Below, piece after piece: positions 39,928 to 50,896 of a stretch of DNA of 64,000 nucleotides (the stretch's first letter is position 1; the number at the start of each line of letters is the position of its first letter). Both the position numbers and the translations under genes were made by a program. The notes beneath the pieces were generated by a model, which saw nothing but the letters and a program-made list of their open reading frames with translations, made no database searches and had not been told where the DNA came from. The DNA comes from Candidatus Limnocylindria bacterium (GTDB lineage: Bacteria; Chloroflexota; Limnocylindria; QHBO01), in NCBI GenBank assembly GCA_036004845.1, contig DASYRA010000026.1:4477-68476 (forward strand), given 5' to 3'.

Positions 39928-41622
39928 ATGACGCAATCCCGCGAGCAGACCATCCAGCAGGACGTCCGCGACCTGCATGGACTTGGCTACGCCCAGGAGC
40001 TGCTGCGCAGCATGGGCGGCTTCTCAAACTTCGCGATCAGCTTCAGCATCATCTCGATCCTCACCGGCGCCGTCATCCTGTACGACTACGGGCTGGCCTG
40101 GGCGGGGACGGCGGCGAGCCTCATCGGCTGGCCGCTCATCACGATCTTCGTCCTGTGCATTGCAGCAGCGATGGCGGAGGTCGCATCGGCCTATCCCACG
40201 GCCGGCGGCCTGTACTACTGGGCCAGCAAGATGAAGAACAAGAACTGGGGCTGGTGGACCGCCTGGCTCAACCTGATCGGGCAGTTCGCGATCGTGGCTG
40301 GCATCAACTACGCTGCGGCGCTCTTCATCAACGCCACCATCATCACCCCGCTGACCAACGGCGCGTATTCGAACACCACGGTCTTCTTCGGAGATCCTGC
40401 GTTCGGCGCCGAGGGCCCGGCACTGAGCGGAGCGCTGGTGACGATGGCGGTTCTCCTGGCCGTCGAGCTGGCGTTGAACATCGCCGGCGTGCGGGTGGTG
40501 GCGCTCCTCAACCAGGTCAGCGTCTGGTGGCACATCTTCTTCGTGATCGTCATCGCCGGGGCGCTCTTCTTCCTCGGCACGAAGTCGACCGAGGTCAACG
40601 CGGGCCTGCAGCTGTTTGCGATCCAACCGGTCGATACGCTCGGCTCCTGGGACAACACCTTCCCGGTGGGCAGCGAGAACCCATGGTTCAGCTTCAAGTA
40701 CGGGCCGGCCGTCGCCTACCCGTTGCTGCTCGCCTTTTTCTTCTCACTGCTCCAGGCGAACTGGACCTACACCGGCTACGACGCCTCTGCGCACGTGGCC
40801 GAGGAGACGATCGGTGCGCGTCGGGCGAGCGCCTGGGGGATCTTCCTGTCGGTCGCCGTCTCGGCCGTCGCCGGCTACATCTTCCTGCTGGCCATCACCC
40901 TGCACCTGCCCGACCTCACGCCACTGTTTGGGCAGCTGGACGATCCGGCGGTCTACTCGCAATACTACTTCGGCGACGGCGCCGCGGTCCTCTACACGCT
41001 GACGGAGAACCTCGGCGCAGGCCTGGGCGGCGTGCTGGGCGGTGCGATCGCCATCGCCATGGCCTTTTGCGGCCTCTCGTCGGTGGCATCCGCCGGACGG
41101 ATGCTGTTTGCGTTCAGCCGTGATGGCGGCGTCCCCGGCTCGGGGTGGCTGAAGAAGGTGTCGCATCGGTACCGGACCCCCGCCAACTCGTTGACCGCCA
41201 TGGTCATCGGCGCCTTCATCCTGACCTTCCTGGCCTTCTGGGTGGGCCGCGGGATCGCGGTCGTGATCGTCACCGCGGTGAGCACGATCTTCCTGTACGC
41301 GGCATATGGCGTGCCGATCTACCTGGGGCTGACGACCAACGAATGGAGGCAGAAGCAGGTCTGGAGCCTGGGGCGGTGGTCGCGACCCATCGCGATCGTC
41401 TCGCTTTTCTGGATCGTGGTGCTGATGGTCCTGTTCTCCTTCCCGACCTCGGGAAACATCTCGTGGCCCTTTATGGTGGCCATCGTCCTCTTCCTGCTGG
41501 TGTACTACTTCGGTTGGGCACGCAGCAGGTTCATGGGACCACAGGCCCAGGGCGGCGAGGAGCAACTGAGCGAAATCGAGCGCGAGTTCGAGGATGCTGC
41601 TAAGGGACTCGCCCCAGCATGA
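39928..41622 (+). CDS. APC-superfamily amino acid/amine permease
   Basis: 564 aa, about 12 TM. NFAISFSIISILTG and AEVASAYPTAGGLYYWA motifs. Strong RBS (AGGAGGAGAGG). Confidence 0.9.
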   Translation: MTQSREQTIQQDVRDLHGLGYAQELLRSMGGFSNFAISFSIISILTGAVILYDYGLAWAGTAASLIGWPLITIFVLCIAAAMAEVASAYPTAGGLYYWASKMKNKNWGWWTAWLNLIGQFAIVAGINYAAALFINATIITPLTNGAYSNTTVFFGDPAFGAEGPALSGALVTMAVLLAVELALNIAGVRVVALLNQVSVWWHIFFVIVIAGALFFLGTKSTEVNAGLQLFAIQPVDTLGSWDNTFPVGSENPWFSFKYGPAVAYPLLLAFFFSLLQANWTYTGYDASAHVAEETIGARRASAWGIFLSVAVSAVAGYIFLLAITLHLPDLTPLFGQLDDPAVYSQYYFGDGAAVLYTLTENLGAGLGGVLGGAIAIAMAFCGLSSVASAGRMLFAFSRDGGVPGSGWLKKVSHRYRTPANSLTAMVIGAFILTFLAFWVGRGIAVVIVTAVSTIFLYAAYGVPIYLGLTTNEWRQKQVWSLGRWSRPIAIVSLFWIVVLMVLFSFPTSGNISWPFMVAIVLFLLVYYFGWARSRFMGPQAQGGEEQLSEIEREFEDAAKGLAPA

Positions 41623-41645
41623 GCTGAGGCAGTCAACGGTTCGCG

Positions 41646-41676
41646 GCGGGCCGGCTGGACGCCCTGGCCGGCTCGC
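41646..41676 (+). terminator. hairpin between the permease and the GS-like gene (possible terminator/attenuator)
   Basis: GCGGGCCGGC (41646-41655) pairs with GCCGGCTCGC (41667-41676): 10 bp with 1 mismatch and an 11-nt loop, followed by cgTTTcg. There is no real U-tract. Confidence 0.3.
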
Positions 41677-41703
41677 CGTTTCGCGACTGAGAGGTAAGGA
41701 CCG

Positions 41704-43089
41704 ATGGCCAACGAGCACAAGGGCGACCACCCAAAGCTCGCCGAGCTGCAGGCGATGGTGCGGGATGGGCGGATCGACACCCTCATCGTGGCCCTCACCG
41801 ACATGCAGGGACGGCTGATGGGGAAGCGTGTCCAGGGGCAGGCGTTCCTGAACGGCGCCATCGACCACGGGGCGCACTTCTGCACCTACCTGCTCGGGAC
41901 CGACATGGAGATGAACACGCCGGACGGTTTCCAGCTGATGAACTGGGAGACCGGCTACGGCGACTGGATCGCCGACCCGCTCTGGGAGACGATGCGCGTG
42001 GTCCCCTGGCTCGAGAAGACGGCCCTCGTCCTCTCCGACACGATCGACCACCACGGCCACGAGATCGCGGTCTCGCCGCGGACGATGCTGAAGCGGGTCG
42101 TGGAGCGTGCCGAGAAGCACGGCTTCCGGGTGATGGCCGGGTCAGAGTTCGAGTACTACCTGCTGACCGATACCTACGAGCAGGCCTGGAAGAAGGGTTA
42201 CGTCGGCCTTGAGCGCTTCGGCTACTACAACGAGGACTATCACCTCCTGCAGGCCACGAAGGGCGAGCCGATCCACGGTCGACTGCGCAACCTGATGACC
42301 GAGGCGGGGATCCCGGTCGAGTTCAGCAAAGGGGAGGCTGCGCCGGGCCAGCACGAGGTCAACATCCACTACACCGACGTCCTGGAGATGGCCGACCAGT
42401 CGGTCATCTTCAAGCACGGCGCCAAGGAGATCGCGTACCTCAATGGCTTCGGCCTCAGCTTCATGGCCAAGCCGGATCACACCTGGACCGGGTCCAGCGG
42501 CCACCTGCACATGTCGCTGTGGGACAAGGCCGGCAAGAAGCCCCTCTTCTACGACGCCAAGGCCCAGCCGTACGGGATGTCGAAGACGATGCGCCACTTT
42601 CTGGGCGGGATGATGAAGTACTCGCGCGAGCTGGCCGTCTTCTGGGCCTGGAACGTCAACTCCTACAAGCGCTACGCGGTCGCCTCCTGGGCCCCGGTCA
42701 ATGTCGTCTGGGGCCGCGACAATCGGACCACCGGCTTCCGGATCGTCGGCGACGGGCCGGCGCTCCACGTCGAGGACCGATTCCCGGGCGGCGACATGAA
42801 CTCGTACACGACCTACGCCGCGGTGGTCGGGGCCGGGCTGCTTGGGATCGAACGCGAGATCGAGCCACCCGACGAGTACATCGGCAATGGGTACGTGGCC
42901 ACGGGCTGCGACCGCATGCCGCGGGCCCTGCACGAGGCGATCCGCGAGCTCGAGACGAGCGAGGCGGCCGCCGAGATCTTCGGTGCCAACGTGGTGGCCC
43001 ACTACCTGAACGCGGCACGCGTGGAGCAGGAAACCTACGACGCCGTCGTCCACCCGTGGGACCGCGAGCGCTACCTGGAGCGCGGCTGA
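41704..43089 (+). CDS. glutamine-synthetase-family gamma-glutamyl-amine synthetase (GlnA4/PuuA-like)
   Basis: 461 aa. GSEFEYYL, KGEAAPGQHEVN, SSGHLHMSLW and NSYKRY GS-fold motifs. Context of SDR, ALDH and a PuuD-like hydrolase. Confidence 0.88.
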   Translation: MANEHKGDHPKLAELQAMVRDGRIDTLIVALTDMQGRLMGKRVQGQAFLNGAIDHGAHFCTYLLGTDMEMNTPDGFQLMNWETGYGDWIADPLWETMRVVPWLEKTALVLSDTIDHHGHEIAVSPRTMLKRVVERAEKHGFRVMAGSEFEYYLLTDTYEQAWKKGYVGLERFGYYNEDYHLLQATKGEPIHGRLRNLMTEAGIPVEFSKGEAAPGQHEVNIHYTDVLEMADQSVIFKHGAKEIAYLNGFGLSFMAKPDHTWTGSSGHLHMSLWDKAGKKPLFYDAKAQPYGMSKTMRHFLGGMMKYSRELAVFWAWNVNSYKRYAVASWAPVNVVWGRDNRTTGFRIVGDGPALHVEDRFPGGDMNSYTTYAAVVGAGLLGIEREIEPPDEYIGNGYVATGCDRMPRALHEAIRELETSEAAAEIFGANVVAHYLNAARVEQETYDAVVHPWDRERYLERG

Positions 43090-43856
43090 TGCGACTCGAA
43101 GGCAAGGTGGCGATCATCACCGGAGCCGGCAGCGGCATGGGTCGAGTGGCCGCGCAGCTCTTCGCGGCCGAGGGGGCCAAGGTCGTGGTCGCCGAGTTCA
43201 ACGAGGCCGCAGGGAGCCAGACCGTGGCATCGGTGCAGGAGGCGGGCGGTGACGCGACGTTCGTCCGCGCCGACGTCAGCAACGAAGCCGATGCGAAGGC
43301 CATGGTCGACCACGCGGTCGCGACCTTCGGGCGTGTCGACGTCCTCTACAACAACGCCGGGGTGATGCCTGAGCCGGATCACTCGGTGATCGACACCGAG
43401 GTCGACGTCTGGGACAAGGTGATGGCGGTCAACGTGCGCGGCGTCTTCCTGGGCTGCAAGTACGCCATCCCGAAGATGCTCGACCAAGGGTCGGGATCGG
43501 TCATCAACATCAGCTCGTTCGTCGCCCTTCTTGGCTGCTCGGTGCCGCAGGACGCCTACACCGCCTCGAAGGGCGCCGTCCTGTCACTGACCCGCTCGCT
43601 GGCGGTGCAGTTCGGACCGCGCGGTGTGCGCTCGAACGCCATCTGCCCCGGCCCGATCGAGACCCCGCTGCTGATGGACTGGCTCCTCAAGGACGAGGCG
43701 GCCAAGCAGCTGCGCCTGGCCCGCAACCCGACGGGGCGCTTCGGCAAGCCCGAGGAGGTCGTCAACGCGGCGATCTACCTCGCCTCGGACGAGTCACGCT
43801 GGACGAACGGCGCCTCCTTCGTGATCGACGGCGGGATCAGCGTCAACTACTTCTAG
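43089..43856 (+). CDS. SDR-family oxidoreductase
   Basis: ATG 43089 overlaps the upstream TGA by 1 nt. TGAGSGMG cofactor motif, NNAG, and the YTASKGAV catalytic motif. Confidence 0.9.
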   Translation: MRLEGKVAIITGAGSGMGRVAAQLFAAEGAKVVVAEFNEAAGSQTVASVQEAGGDATFVRADVSNEADAKAMVDHAVATFGRVDVLYNNAGVMPEPDHSVIDTEVDVWDKVMAVNVRGVFLGCKYAIPKMLDQGSGSVINISSFVALLGCSVPQDAYTASKGAVLSLTRSLAVQFGPRGVRSNAICPGPIETPLLMDWLLKDEAAKQLRLARNPTGRFGKPEEVVNAAIYLASDESRWTNGASFVIDGGISVNYF

Positions 43857-43860
43857 GCTC

Positions 43861-43866
43861 TAGGAT
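43861..43866 (+). promoter_or_regulatory. candidate -10 element (TAGGAT) 6 nt upstream of GTG 43873 (leaderless geometry)
   Basis: ggctcTAGGATcgggcgGTG. Confidence 0.35.
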
Positions 43867-43872
43867 CGGGCG

Positions 43873-45297
43873 GTGAACGACCGCATCCGGCGGGCCACCC
43901 TGGCGGTCCTCCTGGCCTACCTGGCCTTCGCCGGCTACATCCTGGGGCGCTTCGCGAACTCCGCCTTTCCGACGTTCTACCTGTTCCGGCCGCTGCTCCT
44001 GGTCATTCCGCTGGCGATCCTGATCGGCCTGGTGGCCGCCTGGCTGGCGCGGTCGCACGCGCCGCTGGCGGTGGGGGTGACGGTTGGGGTCATCAGCTTC
44101 TGGGCGACCTTCACCCGACACTGGTGGCAGGCCGCGCTGCTTGGCCTTGGCTGGCTGGCGCTGGTCGTGGTGGTGCGCCGCCTCGGCCGCCCGATGCCCC
44201 TCCTCCCCCGGGCCGCATCGACCGCGGCCACGGCATTCATCGTCGTCTTCTTCGTCGCGGGGGTGGTTCGCGCCTTCAACAGCGCCGAGGGCTCAGTGAC
44301 GCCGGTCGAGGTCACGGCCACGCCGACCGGACCGAACATCTACATCGTCCTGCTGGACGGATACCCGCGGCGCGACACCCTCATGAACGACATGGGGATC
44401 GACAACGGACCGTTCGAGGAGGCGCTGGTTGAGCGCGGCTTCGACGTCTACGACGACGCCCACACCGATCGCCACTACACCGACCTCACCCTCATGAACC
44501 TGCTAACCGGGACGACAGAGGGCGTCCCCCTGGACACTGCCCCGGCCAGCGAGGTGCAGTGGCTGATCCGGAAGGCTCTCTCCGACGCTGTGCTCCCGCG
44601 CGAGGCCCAGGCGGCGGGCTACGAGTGGGACGTGATCGACTCACCGGCGGGGCACGTGACCTTCTCGGCCGGACACCACATCCAGCACGGCGGGGTGAAC
44701 ACCTTCGAGGACAACATGCTGGCCGAATCGGTCTTCGCACCCGTCGTCAAGGTCACCCTCCCCTACCTGCTGACCGACTCGCTTCGGGCGCATTTCGAGG
44801 AGAGTGTCGACAGCCTCGTCTCGCTCGCCGAGCCCGATGCACATCGGCTCGTGCTGGCCCATCTCTTCCAGCCGCACCTGCCGTTCCTGTGGGACGCCGA
44901 TGGACGACCGACGAAGGTTCCCTTCTTCTGGCCAGGGGTGAACATCTTCGCGGCGCAAATCGAGACGATGGGGATGACGCTCGAGGACTACTCGGCCGCG
45001 ATGAAGGGCGACCTGGCAACCCTCAACCCGAAGCTGCTCGAGATGGTCGACGAGATCGTGGCCAAGGACCCGGGGGCGGTAGTGGTCCTCTTCAGCGACC
45101 ACGGCTCACGCTACAGCCTCGCCCTGAAGCAGACCGAGTGGTACCACTCGTTCCTGGCGGCACGCACACCCGGCTACCCGATGCTCTTCGCTGACGATCC
45201 GAAGCCGACCAACATCCTGCGCACGCTTCTCCCCATCTACGTCCACAGCTGCGCTGAACCCGGGTGCACGCCGACCTTCGCCTCGCCCGCGCCGTGA
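43873..45297 (+). CDS. membrane-anchored alkaline-phosphatase-superfamily enzyme (sulfatase / LtaS / EptA-like)
   Basis: About 5 N-terminal TM helices, then NIYIVLLDGYPR (metal Asp), YTDLTLMNLLTG (candidate Thr nucleophile) and VVVLFSDHGSRY (DHG metal ligands). Confidence 0.7.
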   Translation: MNDRIRRATLAVLLAYLAFAGYILGRFANSAFPTFYLFRPLLLVIPLAILIGLVAAWLARSHAPLAVGVTVGVISFWATFTRHWWQAALLGLGWLALVVVVRRLGRPMPLLPRAASTAATAFIVVFFVAGVVRAFNSAEGSVTPVEVTATPTGPNIYIVLLDGYPRRDTLMNDMGIDNGPFEEALVERGFDVYDDAHTDRHYTDLTLMNLLTGTTEGVPLDTAPASEVQWLIRKALSDAVLPREAQAAGYEWDVIDSPAGHVTFSAGHHIQHGGVNTFEDNMLAESVFAPVVKVTLPYLLTDSLRAHFEESVDSLVSLAEPDAHRLVLAHLFQPHLPFLWDADGRPTKVPFFWPGVNIFAAQIETMGMTLEDYSAAMKGDLATLNPKLLEMVDEIVAKDPGAVVVLFSDHGSRYSLALKQTEWYHSFLAARTPGYPMLFADDPKPTNILRTLLPIYVHSCAEPGCTPTFASPAP

Positions 45298-45314
45298 TCC
45301 GAGCCACACCGGCC

Positions 45315-45320
45315 TAGAAT
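45315..45320 (+). promoter_or_regulatory. candidate -10 element (TAGAAT) 6 nt upstream of the ALDH ATG (leaderless geometry)
   Basis: ggccTAGAATcagccgATG. Confidence 0.4.
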
Positions 45321-45326
45321 CAGCCG

Positions 45327-46770
<1,444 letters not shown>

Positions 46771-46799
<29 letters not shown>

Positions 46800-47520
46800 C
46801 CCGGGCGGCGTCGACGAAGGCGCGCCACAGGCGATCGAACTCCGGGCCGATGAACTCCGGTCGTTCTGGATGGAACTGGACCCCGATGAGCCAGTCGTCG
46901 CCACCCGCTGGCTCGAGCGCCTCCACCAGCTCTCCTCCCTCGTGCGGTGCAACGGCCGACGCCACGAGTCCCGGAGCGAGATCTGCGGAGCGCACCGCCT
47001 GGTGGTGGTAGCTGTTCACCTCGGTGCTGAGCAGCGGTTCGGTCTTGCCCAGGATCCGAGCCAAACGCGAGGCGGGATCGAGGTGAAGTGGATGCGCCTC
47101 GGGCGCGTCGATGGGGCTGTCGTGGCCCTCGAGGTGCTGGACGAGCCTTCCACCCGAGAAGACGTTGATGGCCTGGAATCCGCGGCAGACGCCGAAGACC
47201 GGCACGCCTCGTTCGCGCGCAGCCGACCACGCGGCGAGCTCCAGGTCGTCGCGCGCCGGCTCGACCGCTACCGCCGGGTGCGGCTCCTCGTCGTACAGCG
47301 CGGGGTTCAGGTCCGCGCCACCGGGCAGCAGGAGACCGTCCATCGACGCCAGGACGGCCGCGCGCTGCGAGGCGCTCGCCGTCGGATCCAGGGCGACGGG
47401 CTCACCGCCGGCCCGGCGCACGGCGTCGAGGTAGGGGTCGAACGAGGCCCAGGTCGGCTCCTCCCGTGCGGCTTGCTCGGGGCCGTGCAGGGTGACCACG
47501 ATCCGCGGGCGATCCGGCAT
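46771..47520 (-). CDS. gamma-glutamyl-amide hydrolase, class I glutamine amidotransferase / peptidase C26 (PuuD-like)
   Basis: GVCRGFQAINV (Cys nucleophile) and GVQFHPE motifs. 29-nt convergent overlap with the ALDH gene. Confidence 0.85.
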
Positions 47521-47526
47521 GGACCG

Positions 47527-47532
47527 ATGATA
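47527..47532 (-). promoter_or_regulatory. candidate -10 element (TATCAT) 6 nt upstream of the PuuD-like ATG (leaderless geometry)
   Basis: Minus strand reads ccccTATCATcggtccATG. Confidence 0.4.
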
Positions 47533-47545
47533 GGGGTGCGCCTCC

Positions 47546-47551
47546 TACAAT
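47546..47551 (+). promoter_or_regulatory. candidate -10 element (TACAAT) 7 nt upstream of the Nudix GTG (leaderless geometry)
   Basis: cctccTACAATctgcctcGTG. The divergent starts are only 38 nt apart. Confidence 0.4.
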
Positions 47552-47558
47552 CTGCCTC

Positions 47559-48077
47559 GTGACCGAGTCCAAGACGCGCGCCGAGGGCTGGCCCGCGCAC
47601 CGAGTGACGGGGGTGGACGTCTGGCCGTATCGCCTCCTCGACGGCGCGGCCGAGTTCCTGCTGCTCCATCGGTCCGGGCGCGATGGCTCACCCTTCTGGC
47701 AGGGCGTCTCCGGCTGGATCGAGGCGGGCGAGCCGCCCCACCTCACCGCACTGCGCGAGCTGCGCGAGGAGACCGGGCTCGAGGCCGTCGAGCTGTACTC
47801 CGTCGACGCGGTCTTCGACCTCTACGCTTGGAAGCGAGGGACGGTCGAGGCGATCGTCCCGTTTGCGGCGCAGGTGGCGGCTGACGCCGAGCCGCTCCTG
47901 TCCGAGGAGCACGACGAGTGGCAATGGGGGCCGCTGGCCGAGGCGGTGCGGCTGGTTCCCTACGAGCCGCAGCGCGCGGCCCTCACCCGGATCTCCGCCG
48001 ACATCCTCGAGCGACCCGATCTGGCGCACCTCTACCGCGTTGTCGCCTCGAGCGAGGGACCCGAAAAAAGTCGTTGA
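47559..48077 (+). CDS. Nudix hydrolase
   Basis: Nudix box GWIEAGEPPHLTALRELREETGL (G-x5-E-x7-REUxEExGU). Confidence 0.85.
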   Translation: MTESKTRAEGWPAHRVTGVDVWPYRLLDGAAEFLLLHRSGRDGSPFWQGVSGWIEAGEPPHLTALRELREETGLEAVELYSVDAVFDLYAWKRGTVEAIVPFAAQVAADAEPLLSEEHDEWQWGPLAEAVRLVPYEPQRAALTRISADILERPDLAHLYRVVASSEGPEKSR

Positions 48078-48221
48078 CGGGTCACCGGGCCGCTCTTATG
48101 CTGCCGCCCAGCCCGGCCGATCGGTCGCCCAATTGCTGCATCGCCGATCCGCGCGGACCTGTCCCTCGATTCCCGGAGGCTCGCACCCAACCCGGCGTGC
48201 GATGGAGAAGGAGGACCTGTC

Positions 48222-49856
48222 TTGACCATGGAATCCAGTCATGGTGAGCAGATCGCGCGCGACGATGCGCACCTGCGATCGCTCGGCATCAAGCCTGAGC
48301 TGAGGCGAACACTCGGCTTTCTCTCGAACTTCGCCGTCGCGTTCAGCTACATCAGTGTCTCTACCGGCACCTTCACCAACCAGGCGGTGGCTTTTGGGGT
48401 TGGCGGCCCGGCGATCTTCTGGGCCTGGCCGCTGGTGATCCTCGGCCAGACGTTCGTTGCGCTCAACTTCGCCGAGCTGGCAAGCCACTTCCCGGTGGCC
48501 GGCTCGATCTACCAATGGTCGAAGCGCCTCTCCAACAGGACCCTTGGCTGGTTCACCGGCTGGATCTACTTCTGGGCCGGCGTGGTCACGGTGACGGCAG
48601 TCGCGGCGACAGTGCCGCTCGTTCTCTCGACCATCATGGGCTTCGATCTTGCCAGCGACTCACCGATCCCAGGCCTCGACATGTGGCAGTTCGTCGGGCT
48701 CGCCGCGCTGCTCACCACGACGCTCATCAACATCGAGGGGGTCCGCCTGCTGGCACTCATCAACAACATTGGGGTCGGGGCGGAGATCCTGGGGATGGTC
48801 GTCTTCGCGCTAATCCTGCTGTTCTTCGCCAACAACCAGTCGCCGAGCATCCTGTTCGACACCTCGTTCACCGCCAACCTGAGCGACGGCGGCTACCTGC
48901 CGATCTTCCTTGTTGGCATGTTCATGGCGCTCTTCGTGGTCTATGGATTCGACACGGCAGGCACGTTCGGCGAGGAGACCGTGGACGCCGGTCGACAGGC
49001 GCCGCGCGGCGTCCTGTCGGCCATCTGGCTCTCCGGCCTCGTGGGAGGCATCTTCCTGCTCGCCGTGACCCTCTCATTCCAGGACGTCGGCGCCGCGGTG
49101 GCCACCGGCCAGGCGTTCGGCTTCCCCATCGCCGACACGATCAAGGAGAACCTCACCTTCTCGTTCGGGTTCATCACGCTCGGCGAGCTGTACCTGGTGA
49201 TGATCCTGATCGCGGTCTACGTCTGCACCCTTGCCATCCAGGGCGCGACGGTGCGGCTCATGTTCTCGATGGGGCGCGATCGCCGGCTGCCGTTCGGCGG
49301 GGCCTGGGGTCACGTGAATCACACGTTCCGGACCCCTGCCAATGCCGCGGTGGCGGTGGGCATCCTCGGGGCCGTACCGCTGCTTTTCATGGGAGCGCTG
49401 GCTTCGATCTACCTCGCCATCGCGGCGACCGGGATGATCTACATCAGCTACTTCCTGTGCAACCTCGGCGTCTTCGTCGCTCGCACCAAGGGCTGGCCAC
49501 ACAAGGAAGCCTGGTTCAGCCTCAAGGGCTGGGGCACCGTCATCAACTTCATCGCGCTGGTGTGGGGCGCCGTGATGGTCATCAACATCGGCATCTGGAC
49601 CAGCCCGATCTTTGGCGTATTTGGAAACGACCTCCGAAACACGTGGGTGAACCCCTTCATCAACACCTTCCTGGCCTTCGGCAAGAACGCCGACGGGACC
49701 GCAAACGTCCTCACTGGGCTTCCCGCCTGGCCGGTGTTTGAGACCCTCGTCGGCGCCGTCTTCGTCGTCGGGCTCGTCTACTACCTCATCGTCCAACGAG
49801 GTCGCGAGGATCGCCTCGAGGCCGATCTCGCAACCGGCGAGTCGGTCATCGCCTAG
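48222..49856 (+). CDS. APC-superfamily amino acid/amine permease (second copy)
   Basis: 544 aa, about 12 TM. AELASHFPVAGSIYQWS motif. GGAGAAGGAGGA RBS upstream of TTG 48222 (ATG 48228 is an alternative). Confidence 0.9.
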   Translation: MTMESSHGEQIARDDAHLRSLGIKPELRRTLGFLSNFAVAFSYISVSTGTFTNQAVAFGVGGPAIFWAWPLVILGQTFVALNFAELASHFPVAGSIYQWSKRLSNRTLGWFTGWIYFWAGVVTVTAVAATVPLVLSTIMGFDLASDSPIPGLDMWQFVGLAALLTTTLINIEGVRLLALINNIGVGAEILGMVVFALILLFFANNQSPSILFDTSFTANLSDGGYLPIFLVGMFMALFVVYGFDTAGTFGEETVDAGRQAPRGVLSAIWLSGLVGGIFLLAVTLSFQDVGAAVATGQAFGFPIADTIKENLTFSFGFITLGELYLVMILIAVYVCTLAIQGATVRLMFSMGRDRRLPFGGAWGHVNHTFRTPANAAVAVGILGAVPLLFMGALASIYLAIAATGMIYISYFLCNLGVFVARTKGWPHKEAWFSLKGWGTVINFIALVWGAVMVINIGIWTSPIFGVFGNDLRNTWVNPFINTFLAFGKNADGTANVLTGLPAWPVFETLVGAVFVVGLVYYLIVQRGREDRLEADLATGESVIA

Positions 49857-49883
49857 CCGTCCTCGCACCCGCTCGCAGCCTGA

Positions 49884-49915
49884 GAGCGGCTCGGCGCCCC
49901 GGCGCCGGGCCGCTC
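49884..49915 (+). terminator. strong GC hairpin downstream of the permease (terminator candidate, no U-tract)
   Basis: GAGCGGCTCGGCGCC (49884-49898) pairs with GGCGCCGGGCCGCTC (49901-49915): about 15 bp including one G-U pair. Confidence 0.4.
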
Positions 49916-49951
49916 GCTATCGTTCCCGGCACCAGCAGGAGCCCAGCGTCC

Positions 49952-50896
49952 ATGACCGATGCCGATGACGAGCCTCACGGCGAGCTGCGCGACGAGCTGG
50001 TCGCCGCGCTCCAGCGCGTGCCGGAGACGGCCGGACGGGAGCTGACGCTCACCGCGCTCTCGGGCGGGATCACGAACCGCAACTACCTGATCACCGCCGC
50101 AGGCGAGGACGAGCGGTACGTGATCCGCCTCGCGGGCAATGACACGCACCTGCTCGGGATCAGCCGCGAGGTCGAGCACGCTGCCACCGTGGCGGCGGCG
50201 GGCGTTGGCATCGGCCCCGAGGTCACCGCCTTCATCCGGCCGGAGGGCTACCTCGTTACGCGCTTCATCGTCGGCGAGCCGGTCAGCCTGGAGCAGGTCC
50301 ATCAGCCCGCGACATTGCGTCGGGTCGCCGATTCGATCCGCCGCATCCACGCCGGTCCGGCCATCCCTGGCCTCTTCGTGCCGCTGCGCATCGTGGAGGC
50401 CTACCTGGCCATGGCGCTCGAGCGCGGCGTCCCGCGGCCGGCCGCCTGGGACGAGGCGCACGCGGTAGGCAGGCGCATTGAGCGCTCCCTGCTCGAGGCG
50501 CCAGTGGAGCTGCGTCCCTGCCACAACGACCTGCTCAACGCCAACTTCATCGATGACGGCGAGCGCATCCGGATCGTCGACTGGGAGTACGCCGGGATGG
50601 GCGACCCGTTCTTCGACCTCGGCAACTTCAGCGTCAACCACGACCTCACGCCGGACGAGGACGGCATCCTGCTGGAGGCCTACGAGGGCGACGTGCGGCC
50701 CGCCCGCCTGGCGCGCCTGGCCCTGATGCGCATCGTCTCCGACTTCCGCGAGGCGATGTGGGGCGTCCTGCAGCAGGGCATCAGCTCGCTCGACGTCGAC
50801 TTCGTGGCCTATGCGGACGAGCATTTCGAGCGGCTGCTGGCGAACGCGTCAGGATCCAGCTTCGAGGACCACCTGCGCGAGGTGGCGGGTGGCTGA
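49952..50896 (+). CDS. choline/ethanolamine-kinase-like phosphotransferase (APH fold)
   Basis: LSGGITNRNY, Brenner-type HNDLLNANFI and IVDWEYAGMGDPFFDLGN motifs of the choline/ethanolamine kinase family. Confidence 0.8.
   Translation: MTDADDEPHGELRDELVAALQRVPETAGRELTLTALSGGITNRNYLITAAGEDERYVIRLAGNDTHLLGISREVEHAATVAAAGVGIGPEVTAFIRPEGYLVTRFIVGEPVSLEQVHQPATLRRVADSIRRIHAGPAIPGLFVPLRIVEAYLAMALERGVPRPAAWDEAHAVGRRIERSLLEAPVELRPCHNDLLNANFIDDGERIRIVDWEYAGMGDPFFDLGNFSVNHDLTPDEDGILLEAYEGDVRPARLARLALMRIVSDFREAMWGVLQQGISSLDVDFVAYADEHFERLLANASGSSFEDHLREVAGG

Noticed and set aside
39842-39931. 29-aa upstream ORF (MRPSRDLTFARAEPGRHARGTVPRRRGST) whose TGA overlaps the permease ATG (ATGA).
   Set aside because: It has no Shine-Dalgarno at a functional distance (the nearest GGAGG is 21 nt upstream), an Arg-rich composition typical of noise, and only moderate GC3. 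The permease has its own strong RBS. It is kept only as a remote possibility.
40744-42120. 458-aa minus-strand ORF antisense to the permease and GS-like gene. The 604-aa ORF 50781..52595, antisense to the DMGDH-like gene, is a similar case.
   Set aside because: No motifs, His/Arg/Asp/Gly-rich composition, and full overlap with strongly supported sense genes.
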